Shown: positions 17,540 through 26,936, numbered from the stretch's first letter. The stretch is 64,000 bases of DNA from Victivallales bacterium (GCA_045114455.1 JBGUKN010000078.1:7085-71084); one strand, 5' to 3'. The notes: generated by a model not told the origin, from the sequence alone. Translations and numbers: made by a program.

Positions 17540-18645
17540 GATACGGCCTCCAGGATGATGACGGCGTTCAGGCCTCCGAAACCGGAGTTCATGCACAGGA
17601 CGCGAGGTTTTTCGAGTTTGCGGATTTCGGTGGAGACATAGCGGGCGGCTTCCGGTTCGGGCGTAACGAGCGACGTCTGAGGCGGGATCAGACCTGTCTC
17701 CAGCATGCGGACGCCGACCACGGCTTCCACAAGCCCGGCGCCGGCGAGCGTATGTCCGTTTGCGCCCTTCACGGAAAGCATCGGCACGGAACGTTCGCCG
17801 AAGACGCGGTGGATCGCCTGAAGCTCCATGTCGTCGTTGTAGCGCGTCCCCGTGCCGTGCCCGATGACCGCGCCGATGTCGTCCGGCGTGAGTCCTGCTT
17901 CGTTGAGGGCGTGGACGATGGCTTCGGAAAGCGCTTCGCCGTGTGGCATGGGCGCCGTGATATGGACCGCGTCGCAGCTCATGCCGCCGGACGCCAGGAT
18001 CGCGCGCGGTTTCAGGCCGAGTTCGGCGGCCTTTTTCGCGGAACAGATGTTCACGATGGACGCGGCGTCGCCAAGCAGAAGCCCGTCGCGGTTGCGGTCG
18101 TACGGACGGGCAATCGTGCGGGCAAGGGCGCGAAGCGTGGCGAACCCGGAGAAAATGAATTCGCTGACGTAATCGGTGCCGATCACGACCGCGGAGTCGA
18201 GGCGGCCGCTGCGGATGTGGCGGTTCAGCGAGACGAACGCGGAGTTCGAGGACGCGCAGGCGGCGGACACGATGCGGCCGCGTTCCTTGTCGCAGACCTT
18301 CAGGGCGCGTTCCAGCAGCATGTCGCAGGTGCAGCGGCGTTCGGGGTTGTCGATGTATTCGATCTCGCCGACCGTACTGGCGAGAAAAAGTTCGGCGTCG
18401 CGCGGCATCTTCTTCGCGGTCGGGGCGAGATAGTCCAGGAAGAATCCGGGAATCTCCTGCGTGCCGTTGACGTCCGCGCCGGGCGCCATTGCCGCCAGGG
18501 CGGTGGAAAATTTCTCGTTGTGGAACCGGGAGCAGTCGGAGAATGCGGCATGATTGTTCAGAAGCCCGTCCCAGCATGCCTCCACGCCGGGCCCGAACGC
18601 GGTGTACAGGTCGCAGCCGACGATCACGGGAGTACGGTCATCCAT
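17536..18645 (-). CDS. beta-ketoacyl-ACP synthase (KS2)
   Basis: SAACASS, GHGTGT, GHTLAGAG catalytic motifs. Confidence 0.92.
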   Translation of the reverse strand: MDDRTPVIVGCDLYTAFGPGVEACWDGLLNNHAAFSDCSRFHNEKFSTALAAMAPGADVNGTQEIPGFFLDYLAPTAKKMPRDAELFLASTVGEIEYIDNPERRCTCDMLLERALKVCDKERGRIVSAACASSNSAFVSLNRHIRSGRLDSAVVIGTDYVSEFIFSGFATLRALARTIARPYDRNRDGLLLGDAASIVNICSAKKAAELGLKPRAILASGGMSCDAVHITAPMPHGEALSEAIVHALNEAGLTPDDIGAVIGHGTGTRYNDDMELQAIHRVFGERSVPMLSVKGANGHTLAGAGLVEAVVGVRMLETGLIPPQTSLVTPEPEAARYVSTEIRKLEKPRVLCMNSGFGGLNAVIILEAVS

Positions 18646-19120
18646 GATGGTATGCTCCTTCTTTCCAGCGTTTCAGAAACTCTTCCCAGAACAGCGGGAC
18701 ATGCCAGAGCGGCGTGAAGTCGCGGGCGTCGATGAAGACCTGCGTGGTGCATCCGGTCGCGGCAATGCGGCCGTCTTCCAGCCGGATCGCATATTCGATG
18801 TTGATACGCGGAGCATCGGTCCAGATGAGGGACGCCGAGGTGTGGAACAGGGCGTCGCAGGGAAGCGGGATGCGGTAGTCGTATTCGTCGTGGTAGAAGA
18901 GCGCGGAGACGTGTTCCGCCTCCAGACGGTCGTTGTCGAATCCGAAGCTGTGCGAAAGCTCGGTGTAGGCAGCCTCGAAAAACTTCGCGTAGTTGCCGTG
19001 CCAGGCGATTTTCAGCGGATCGGATTCGCTGAACTGGAGACGGCGCGCGACGCTGACTTCAAGCGGCTGAGGAGAACCGGGGGTGCGTTCAAAATACTGC
19101 TTGAACTCGGAATGTCTCAT
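18638..19120 (-). CDS. hotdog-fold acyl-CoA/ACP thioesterase (4HBT/YbgC-like)
   Basis: FSESDPLKIAWHGNYAKFFE motif. Confidence 0.85.
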   Translation of the reverse strand: MRHSEFKQYFERTPGSPQPLEVSVARRLQFSESDPLKIAWHGNYAKFFEAAYTELSHSFGFDNDRLEAEHVSALFYHDEYDYRIPLPCDALFHTSASLIWTDAPRINIEYAIRLEDGRIAATGCTTQVFIDARDFTPLWHVPLFWEEFLKRWKEGAYHHG

Positions 19121-19500
19121 GATGCGCTTTCTTTGGGAGCGAGAACCAGTTTCGCGGCAGAGACGCGTCCGCCCTCTTCGTTCACAAATGAGGCGTTTGC
19201 CGCCCAGATACCTTCAGTTTCTCCTGGCTCAAGCTCCAGCGTGAGCGTGACCGGCATATCCGGCGTGATCAGGCGGAGATACTTGATGCGGCGGACGCCG
19301 GCAAGACGGAGCGGACGACCGAGGCGGCGTTCCGCCAGACGGCGAATGAAGGAAAGCTGGACGATTCCGGGCAGAATCGGATTGCCGGGGAAATGTCCGC
19401 GGTAGCCGGAGAATGTGCCGGGAACGGAGAACGTGCAGGGGCCTTCGCCGTTTTCTCCGGCCTGATTGTAGATCGAATCGATTTCATCCCAGATGCTCAT
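19117..19500 (-). CDS. 3-hydroxyacyl-ACP dehydratase (ApeI/FabZ-like)
   Basis: YRGHFPGNPILPGIVQL motif. Confidence 0.85.
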   Translation of the reverse strand: MSIWDEIDSIYNQAGENGEGPCTFSVPGTFSGYRGHFPGNPILPGIVQLSFIRRLAERRLGRPLRLAGVRRIKYLRLITPDMPVTLTLELEPGETEGIWAANASFVNEEGGRVSAAKLVLAPKESAS

Positions 19501-19512
19501 GGTTCGCTGTCC

Positions 19513-22500
19513 TCAAAAAAGCTCCGATACCGACAGGATCAGCCGGTATCCGTGTTTATTATTGTCGTAGACGATGATTTCAGGAAAAAAAGTCGTATCT
19601 AATATAATATACCGGAAATACCAGGATTGCCAGTCAATAGTTTTGTTTTTAAAGTAATATTTGCTCATAACGGGCAATTTCGGCCCCCAAAACTCGCTGA
19701 CGATCTCTCCGCCGTCGTCGCCGAAGGGTTCCCGGCGGATGATTTTGCTGTCGTCTTTTACAATTTCTGTCGCGCCGGGTTTTGTGCCGCGCCAAGGTTC
19801 CAGCCCTCCGAAAATGTTGAAAAAGTCTTCCAGGATGAATCCGGCCGCCTCCTGTTCGTGTCCTTCAAGGAAGTCGATCGGCATGAACCAGTAATCCGCG
19901 AGCTCGTCCGCTGTGCCAGCCAGTTCGAAGATCTTTCCGCCCGACGGAGAAAACGCCGCCACGCGCAGTTCGCCGGATTCGTCGTAGGAAACGGCGCAGA
20001 GCGTGGCCTGGGAGAAGAATCTGTATTCGAATGTGACGCGACCCTGGAATGCGAACGGCTGCATCGGCGCGGCAGGCGGCTGGACGGCGTCGCGGTAAAG
20101 CGGCCAGTCGGTTTCCGTCAGGGGCGGGATCGGGTCATATTCGTAGGGGAGGGAATGGCAGGCGGAAACATTGAGCAAAAGGAAGACGGGGGCCAGGGCG
20201 AAAAGGAGTGTTTTGAGCGGAGCGGCGGGTCTGTCTTTCGCGATTCCGCGGCGGATGGACGGCAGGAGCAGGGCGGCGGCGCCCCAGGCGGCAAGCACCC
20301 CTGGGACCAGGGCGAATCCGGCTTCGTGCAGGAGCGGATGCCCCGCGAACGCGACGGTGAGGCCGCCGGCGGCGGTCGTGAGCGCGGAGGCTGAGATCGC
20401 GCGGAAGACATACGGATTCGCCGCGGAACGTTCGCTGCCGATCACGAAGACGCCGTAGTCGATGGCGAGGCCGGATAGCAGAACCAGCGCGATTTCGGCG
20501 GCGAGATTCAGAGGTTTGCCGCAGACAGCGTACACGGCGCAGACGGCCAGGAGCGCCATCGCCACGGGGATCATCGCGCAGAGGCTGTCCCGGATGCCGC
20601 GGAAGAAGAGGAACGCGATCGCGAAGACCGAGAGAATGGCGAGGATCACGGGGAGCGTCGCGGCGGATTTCATATCGGACACGATCTGAGCGGGGATGTC
20701 CGCTCGGGAAATGGCGACGGCTCCTAAGATGTTGTACGGGACAGGCTGCCTGTTTCCGACTCCGGGTTGATGTTTGGCGAGTGCCAATTGCGGCAGGAAG
20801 ATCGCCGCGTACCAGCCGTTGCCGTCCGCCGCCGGGCGCAGGATGCGGTTCAGTACGGGCGTAAAGACTTCGGGATAGGAATCAAGGTCGGGCGATTCGA
20901 GGCCGCGTTTGAGCGAGGTGAGGAACGGATCGAATGCGTCCGGTTCGAATCCTTCGTCTTCCGCGGCGGCACGGAGCGATTCCGCAAACTTGTCATAATC
21001 GAAGCCCTCGCGCCAGGAAGCAAGATGGATCTCTCGAATACTTTTCGCCGGAATCAGAAAAGACGGGGAGAACATCCTGCCCTCAAGCCCGGGATCCTTC
21101 ACGAGAAAATCGTCGCAGATCAGGCTGGCGAACATCAGCGCTGTGTCCGCATCCTTGCCGGGCACGGCAAGCACGCTCTGCGCCGGGCCGTCGAGGAAGA
21201 GGCGTTCCACAGCGTCAGCCGTTTCGCTGAGCTTCTCCTGTGCGGCGTCGAACTGGCGGAGATCGGTGCGGACCGTGAGCCGCAGGATCGCGAGTGCGGC
21301 GAACATCGCCATGATGCCGAAGCAAATGCCGGATGCGAGTTTCGGGGAGATCGTTTTCAGGGGATGCGGTTTCGGCAGGGGCTTTTTCGTGCGGATCAGG
21401 ATCGACGGGAACAGCAGAAGTGTGAGAAACAGGCTGGCGAGCAGGCTGGTCCCGATGAACACGCCGAACTGCCGCACGCCGGGGATCGGAGTCAGCGCGA
21501 GCAGAAGAAAGACGGCAGCCGAGGTCGCGGCACCCGTCAGCAGGGACGGCGCGATGCGGATCAGACGGCGCACGGGGCAGGGCGTCTGCATGGTCATGTA
21601 CACATGGACGCCGTAATCGACTGCCAGCCCGATCACGAGCCCGCCGGTGGCCGTCACGAAGAGCAGGACGGGTTCACCGGGGATCGCGAGGAGTCCGACG
21701 GCGGCGAACGAGACGACCGCCGGGAAGACGGGGATCGCCAGCGCGCGCAGGTCGCGGCGGAACAGCAGCAGGATCGCGGGCAGGAAGAACAGGACAGAAA
21801 GGATGCACGCGAGTTTCACGTCCGATTTGATGACGCGTTCGTTTTCGATGGAGTGGGCGTGGGCGAGCAGAAGGTCGGCGCGGATGCCGGACAGGGGATG
21901 CTTCGCGAGGATGGCATCAAGATCGCCCATGAGCCGCCGTCCGCCCGCGGTATCCGCGGCGGAAACGTCCGTTTCGAGCAGAAGAAGCCGGTGGAGGCCG
22001 TCCGGGGAGACGATGGCCGTTTCGCCGTCCTTCAGCCGGAACGATGCGGCGGAGCGGAACTGTTCGAGCACGGCGAGTTTCGACGCGGCGAAGCCGGTCG
22101 GGTCGGCAAGCACAAGCGAGGCAAAGCCGCCAAGCAGAATCTTTCGCTTGACAGAAGATGCGATCGAGGCGGAATCAAGAGGTTCATAAGGCTGAAACTG
22201 CGGCAGCCATTCGGGAAGCGAAGAAAGGACCGCGGCAATGTCGTCCGGCAGAAAGCGGTTGTCGACGCGCGTCACGCCGGGGACGGACGCGATTTCGGAG
22301 GCAATGAGGTCGATTTCCGGAGACGCGGCATCCAGCTGTTCCGTTTTGTCGGCGGAGAAGAGGACGGCGGACTGATTGAAGAGACCGGAGTTCAGGAGCA
22401 CGGCGCAGGCGCGTTCGGACTTGCTGCCGGAGGGGAGCATGCGCGTGATGTCGGCGCTGAACGACGCAAAGAGGAGCGGAAGGGCTGCGAGGACGAGCGC

Positions 22501-22575
22501 GAGAAGCGACAGGAACGCCGCGAGGACCGGGCGCCGAAGACCGAACAGAATGACGCGCCGCAAAAAGGATTTCAT
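19513..22575 (-). CDS. MMPL/RND-type lipid exporter fused to C-terminal lipoprotein-like (DUF3261-like) domain
   Basis: Start MKSFLRR at ATGA overlap; two TM bundles with GLAVDYGVH and GLAIDYGVF; continuous frame into VSAC-containing soluble domain. Confidence 0.85.
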   Translation of the reverse strand: MKSFLRRVILFGLRRPVLAAFLSLLALVLAALPLLFASFSADITRMLPSGSKSERACAVLLNSGLFNQSAVLFSADKTEQLDAASPEIDLIASEIASVPGVTRVDNRFLPDDIAAVLSSLPEWLPQFQPYEPLDSASIASSVKRKILLGGFASLVLADPTGFAASKLAVLEQFRSAASFRLKDGETAIVSPDGLHRLLLLETDVSAADTAGGRRLMGDLDAILAKHPLSGIRADLLLAHAHSIENERVIKSDVKLACILSVLFFLPAILLLFRRDLRALAIPVFPAVVSFAAVGLLAIPGEPVLLFVTATGGLVIGLAVDYGVHVYMTMQTPCPVRRLIRIAPSLLTGAATSAAVFLLLALTPIPGVRQFGVFIGTSLLASLFLTLLLFPSILIRTKKPLPKPHPLKTISPKLASGICFGIMAMFAALAILRLTVRTDLRQFDAAQEKLSETADAVERLFLDGPAQSVLAVPGKDADTALMFASLICDDFLVKDPGLEGRMFSPSFLIPAKSIREIHLASWREGFDYDKFAESLRAAAEDEGFEPDAFDPFLTSLKRGLESPDLDSYPEVFTPVLNRILRPAADGNGWYAAIFLPQLALAKHQPGVGNRQPVPYNILGAVAISRADIPAQIVSDMKSAATLPVILAILSVFAIAFLFFRGIRDSLCAMIPVAMALLAVCAVYAVCGKPLNLAAEIALVLLSGLAIDYGVFVIGSERSAANPYVFRAISASALTTAAGGLTVAFAGHPLLHEAGFALVPGVLAAWGAAALLLPSIRRGIAKDRPAAPLKTLLFALAPVFLLLNVSACHSLPYEYDPIPPLTETDWPLYRDAVQPPAAPMQPFAFQGRVTFEYRFFSQATLCAVSYDESGELRVAAFSPSGGKIFELAGTADELADYWFMPIDFLEGHEQEAAGFILEDFFNIFGGLEPWRGTKPGATEIVKDDSKIIRREPFGDDGGEIVSEFWGPKLPVMSKYYFKNKTIDWQSWYFRYIILDTTFFPEIIVYDNNKHGYRLILSVSELF

Positions 22576-23252
22576 TTTTTCTGCTTCGCCTGCCAGAGAT
22601 CGTCTGGGATATCGGAGTCGAAGACGGAATCGGAGTAGACGAGCTCGGTCACGTCGCCGTTTTTCTCGGATGCGCGGACTTTCACGATCTTCGTTTTCGA
22701 GTCGTCGAGCGCGAGTTCGACTTCGGTGATGAGCGAAGCTGCGAAACGTTCGGAACGCGGCTTCAGGACGACCGTGCCGTCCTTGCCCTGCGCCGCCTCG
22801 AAATCCTTCTCCAGCGCCTTCACGTCGCCGGACGCAAAAGCAGTCATGGCGTCGGACAGCATTTCCAGCATCGGATATTTGGAGAACGGCACGGAGACGG
22901 TCCTGTCGGAATCGGCGTCCCACTGGGTGAGCTTGCCGTCTGCGATGATGCAGGAATATTTGAGCGGTTTTTCAACGTGCCAGGCGAACCGCTTTCCGGG
23001 ACGGTCGAGGCAGAGTTCGCCGTTCAGGACCATTGGCTTTTTGAAGGATTTGAGGTGTTTCGTCTGTACGAATTTCGTACGGAGCGTCCTGAAGTTCGCG
23101 ATGTTCGCCAGGAGCTCCGCCGTGTCGCTGCCGGCAGGCCGTTCCGCCGCGGGTTCCGCATGGACTGGAGCCGCGGACTCCTCCGCGAAGACAGAGAAGA
23201 CGCAGGCGGACAGAGCCGCCGTCAAAATTCGAAGGAAGGACGAAAACCTCAT
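22572..23252 (-). CDS. LolA-family outer-membrane lipoprotein carrier
   Basis: Signal peptide MRFSSFLRILTAA; FVQTKHLKSFKKPMVLNG, FAWHVEKP, KNGDVTEL. Confidence 0.85.
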   Translation of the reverse strand: MRFSSFLRILTAALSACVFSVFAEESAAPVHAEPAAERPAGSDTAELLANIANFRTLRTKFVQTKHLKSFKKPMVLNGELCLDRPGKRFAWHVEKPLKYSCIIADGKLTQWDADSDRTVSVPFSKYPMLEMLSDAMTAFASGDVKALEKDFEAAQGKDGTVVLKPRSERFAASLITEVELALDDSKTKIVKVRASEKNGDVTELVYSDSVFDSDIPDDLWQAKQKK

Positions 23253-23728
23253 TTCTCGTAGTTGGTCAGAAACAGTTTCAGCGTGCCTTTCGCAGCGGGC
23301 TTCCCGTTGACGGATGCCTCGTACCCGATGCCGCGCCATTTGCCGAGGTCGTACTGGACATTGATCAGGATGTCTATCTTGTCGCCGACATGCGGGACGG
23401 CGGTGTACTCGGAGTCGACGACTTCGACCAGAAGTCCGCCGAAGGATTTGTCCTGCCGCTGGTAGGCGTCGAGCGCGGCTGCGGACTGGGCGGCGTATTC
23501 GATGAACGTTTCCGCGCCGGTGGAGCCGTCCGCGCCCGCCAGAGGATGGTCTGGATGCACCACGGAAGACGTCTTCCCGCCCTGGTCCCATTCATCGACG
23601 ATCGTATCGATCAGCGCAAACGGTTCGCCGTGCGGGAGCAGTCCGGCGGCGGGGTAGGGCAGCTTGGCACGCAGTTCTTCGTGATTCAGGGGCGGCTTGT
23701 TTGTTTTCGGAGTTTCGGATTCGGCCAT
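23249..23728 (-). CDS. hotdog dehydratase (ApeP-like)
   Basis: LLPHGEPFALID and IEYAAQSAAA motifs. Confidence 0.8.
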   Translation of the reverse strand: MAESETPKTNKPPLNHEELRAKLPYPAAGLLPHGEPFALIDTIVDEWDQGGKTSSVVHPDHPLAGADGSTGAETFIEYAAQSAAALDAYQRQDKSFGGLLVEVVDSEYTAVPHVGDKIDILINVQYDLGKWRGIGYEASVNGKPAAKGTLKLFLTNYEK

Positions 23729-23763
23729 GATGATGGAATTCCTTATGTGCTGATATGTTATGT

Positions 23764-24555
23764 TCAAGTTGATTTTGCGGAAGAAAGAAAAAACGGATAG
23801 CGGCGTTCCTGTTTCCATGCGTCGATCTCGCGGTCGAGCGCGGCAGTCTCCTCTTCGAGGATGTGATGCACTTCCCGCTGGATGCGGAAATGCGGCTCGG
23901 AGGCGATGCGTTCCTGCGGGACCGGCTTCAGGACGCGCATGATGACGCGGCCGGGACGCATGCGGAAGGAACGGTCCGGGCAGTTCTCGTTGCCTGCGAT
24001 GGCGACCGGGATCAGCGGGGCGCCGAGTTCCTTTGCGGCACGGAAGAACGCGCTGTGGAAAGGCGCCATGGTACGGGATCCGGAGCGCGTTCCTTCCGGG
24101 AAGACGTAGATGGTGCCGGAATTGCTCAGGGCACGCCGGGTCTGCTCCACGATCTGCTCGTAGGTGAGGTTGTTCACGTCGATGAAGCCGCCCATGCGCG
24201 CGAAAACGCCGAAGAACGGCATATGCAGCGCCCAGCCTTTCGCGGCGGCCATCGCGGCGCCCGCGGCGGGGATGATGGAGACCAGGAAGGGATCGGAAGA
24301 GGAACGGTGGTTCACGACGAAAATGCCGTGGTTTGCGCCGCCGGAGAAGTCGTCGAGACGGACCGGGACGTAGACGCCGTACCAGCAATGGACCATGAAG
24401 CGGCCGAAGGTGCGGATGAATTTCAGGACCGCGACGTTGAACGGCCTCCCTGTGAGGAGACAGAATATCCCCGCGATCAGGAAAAACGGCGAGGCCAGAA
24501 TGCAGTAGAGCATGATGCAGACGACCATGTGCGTGTAAACGATCAGGGAGAACAT
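23764..24555 (-). CDS. PlsC-like lysophospholipid acyltransferase
   Basis: NHRSSSD (HX4D), VFPEGTRS, N-terminal TM helix. Confidence 0.9.
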   Translation of the reverse strand: MFSLIVYTHMVVCIMLYCILASPFFLIAGIFCLLTGRPFNVAVLKFIRTFGRFMVHCWYGVYVPVRLDDFSGGANHGIFVVNHRSSSDPFLVSIIPAAGAAMAAAKGWALHMPFFGVFARMGGFIDVNNLTYEQIVEQTRRALSNSGTIYVFPEGTRSGSRTMAPFHSAFFRAAKELGAPLIPVAIAGNENCPDRSFRMRPGRVIMRVLKPVPQERIASEPHFRIQREVHHILEEETAALDREIDAWKQERRYPFFLSSAKST

Positions 24556-24599
24556 CTCCGGCTCCTGTGTGGTGCTGGGCGGGGCAGATTGAATGCGGG

Positions 24600-24932
24600 T
24601 TATTGTCCGGGTTCCTGCGGAGGCTGTGCGGAGGCCGCCTGCGCCGCGGCCGCTTTCGCGGCTTCGGCCTGCGCCGTGAGCATCGCCTGGTTCCTCTCGA
24701 AGAAATCGTAGACGTCTCCGAGCGTGCGGACCTGTTTGATCTCCTCGTTGTCGCGGAGAGAGATGCCGAATTTGCGCTGGAGCCCGATCATGAGGTCGAC
24801 CATGTCGAGGCTGTCGAGCCCGAGGTCCTCGAAAAAGGTCTTTTCGGGGGCGAGGTCGGCGGGGTCGAGTTCCATTTCGTTGACGAGGGCGCCGTTGACG
24901 GCCTCGATGATTTCGTCGCGTGTCAGATTCAT
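24600..24932 (-). CDS. acyl carrier protein with Ala-rich C-terminal tail
   Basis: EDLGLDSLDMVDL phosphopantetheine site; GGAGG upstream of ATG 24932. Confidence 0.93.
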   Translation of the reverse strand: MNLTRDEIIEAVNGALVNEMELDPADLAPEKTFFEDLGLDSLDMVDLMIGLQRKFGISLRDNEEIKQVRTLGDVYDFFERNQAMLTAQAEAAKAAAAQAASAQPPQEPGQ

Positions 24933-24958
24933 ATCAGGATTCCTCCGGGGAAGGTTGT

Positions 24959-26185
24959 TTATACGTTGAGCTTGCAGATCAGGGAGGCGTTGATGCCCCC
25001 GAACGCAAAGGAGTTTTTGAAGAAAATGCGGATTCGCTTTTCGCACGGGGCGGTCACATGGTCGATTCCGGCGCAGGCGGGGTCGACGTCGACGAGATTT
25101 CGGGTCGGGATCAGGATCCCGTGTCGCGCCATTTCGAAGACGGCGGCCATTTCCAGCGGACCGGACGCGCCGAGCGTGTGCCCGAGGTGGCCTTTGAGGC
25201 TGGATACGGGGACGTTCGCGCCGAACACTTCGCGGATGGCCGCGGCTTCGGCGGCGTCTCCCTGGAGCGTGGATGTGGCATGCGCGCTGATGTAGTCGAT
25301 GTCCGTCGGCGCGATCCCGGCGGACTTGCAGGTGTCGTTCATGCATCGGGCGATGGCGGGCGCATCGGACTGGCTGAGGCCGTTTCCGCCGCTGTTCGAG
25401 GAATAACCGATGATCTCGCCGTAAATTATCGCACCGCGCCGGAGCGCATGCTCATATTCCTCCAGGCAGAAGACCGCGGCGCCCTCTCCGCAGACCAGCC
25501 CCTTGCGGTGCGCGGAGAAAGGCTGTGAACTTTCCGTCGGATCGCCTTCCGCGGGGGCGTGTGCGTACATCAGGGCGAACGACCCGGAGACTTCGGAGCC
25601 GGTCTCGTCCGCGCCGCCGCAGAACATGACCGTTTCCTGTCCGGCAGCGATGAGCGCGGCGCCGAGCCCCATGGACTGAAGCCCGGAGGCGCATGCGGAA
25701 CACGGCGAGTAGATCGCGCCGTTGAGCCCGAGCGTGCGGGCGAGGTTGAATGCCGTGGTATGGGAGGCGCATTTGAAGAAGTGCATCGGGGAGAGCCTGT
25801 CGCTCTGCCCGAAAAGGACAAGGCCATAGCCTTCGCGCAGGGTGCTGACGGACCCCATGGTGGACCCGACCGCGCATCCGGCGTTCAGTTCGATCAATTC
25901 ATCCTGCGTGAGCCCGGAGTCCCGCATGGCGGCAAGCCCGGCCATCGCAGTAAAACACGCAGCGGGAGCCATGGCGCGGCGGAGCGTGCGGGGAAGGACG
26001 CGGAAGCGTTCGGGATCGCGCGGGGCAGGGGCGGTCGGCAGGAAGTTTTCTTCTTTGCCGGCGGAGACGGCGGCGCTTTTTCCTGCGGCAAGATTGTCGA
26101 AAAGCTCGCCGGGGGTAAAGCCGAGCGCGCTGTAGATACCGCTTCCCGTGATGACGACTCGTTTCAGACCGTTCATGCGCCGCAT
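24959..26185 (-). CDS. beta-ketoacyl-ACP synthase (KS1, FabF/ApeR-like)
   Basis: SACASG, AHATST, GHTLGASG, NSFAFGGINA; alternative start 26176. Confidence 0.93.
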   Translation of the reverse strand: MRRMNGLKRVVITGSGIYSALGFTPGELFDNLAAGKSAAVSAGKEENFLPTAPAPRDPERFRVLPRTLRRAMAPAACFTAMAGLAAMRDSGLTQDELIELNAGCAVGSTMGSVSTLREGYGLVLFGQSDRLSPMHFFKCASHTTAFNLARTLGLNGAIYSPCSACASGLQSMGLGAALIAAGQETVMFCGGADETGSEVSGSFALMYAHAPAEGDPTESSQPFSAHRKGLVCGEGAAVFCLEEYEHALRRGAIIYGEIIGYSSNSGGNGLSQSDAPAIARCMNDTCKSAGIAPTDIDYISAHATSTLQGDAAEAAAIREVFGANVPVSSLKGHLGHTLGASGPLEMAAVFEMARHGILIPTRNLVDVDPACAGIDHVTAPCEKRIRIFFKNSFAFGGINASLICKLNV

Positions 26186-26207
26186 CCCCCGTGAATCGTG
26201 AAATGAC

Positions 26208-26936
26208 TCAGCATACGAGACCTCCGTTGACGCCGATCACCTGCCCGGTGATGTAGGCGGAATACGGTCCGGCAAGGAAGGACACGACGGACGCGACTTC
26301 CTCCGGTGCGCCTTTCCGTCCGAGGGGAATCAGCGGCAGGAGCTTTGCCATGTCCAGGTCGCGCGTCATTTCCGTGTCGATGACGCCGGGCGCGACGGCA
26401 TTCACAAGGATGCTTCTGCGCCCAAGCTCTCCGGCGAGCGCCTTGACGGCGCCGATAAGCCCGGCTTTCGCGGCGGAATAATTGACCTGTCCGGGTCGTC
26501 CGACCTGGCCCGACGCGCTGCTGATGACGATGATGCGGCCCCGTTTCGCGGAGATCAGCGGCTGGACCAGCGGCTGGATGCAGTTGTAGAAACCGTCAAG
26601 CCCGGTCCGGATCACGTCATCCCATTCCGCGGAGGTCATCCAGGCAAAAAGGTCGTCTCTGGATATTCCGGCGTTGTAGACGACCGCATAGGGCGGCCTG
26701 TCGGAGAAAAGCTCCGTTATGGTGCGAATGCTTTCCGTCCGGTCGGTCACATCGAGCGAAACCGGCAGAAAGGACCGTCCCAGCGACTCGATCTGTTTGC
26801 GCAGGCCGTCGAGACGGGCCGTGTCGCCGCGGCATGAGGCCGCGACGTCGAAGCCGTCCTGAGCCAGACGCAAAGCCGTCGCGTAGCCGATGCCGCGCGA
26901 CGCCCCGATGACAAAAGCGAGACGATCCGATGACAT
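26208..26936 (-). CDS. fabG: 3-oxoacyl-ACP reductase (FabG/ApeQ-like), first gene of cluster
   Basis: GASRGIG, NAG, NYSAAKAG (YxxxK), VNAVAPGVIDTEM; start trimmed to MSSDRL. Confidence 0.92.
   Translation of the reverse strand: MSSDRLAFVIGASRGIGYATALRLAQDGFDVAASCRGDTARLDGLRKQIESLGRSFLPVSLDVTDRTESIRTITELFSDRPPYAVVYNAGISRDDLFAWMTSAEWDDVIRTGLDGFYNCIQPLVQPLISAKRGRIIVISSASGQVGRPGQVNYSAAKAGLIGAVKALAGELGRRSILVNAVAPGVIDTEMTRDLDMAKLLPLIPLGRKGAPEEVASVVSFLAGPYSAYITGQVIGVNGGLVC

Noticed and set aside
19600-19680. AT-rich patch in the MMPL-fusion 3' end as an internal promoter
   Set aside because: TTGACT and TATATT are 20 bp apart, too long for sigma70. The compositional anomaly is real but unexplained.
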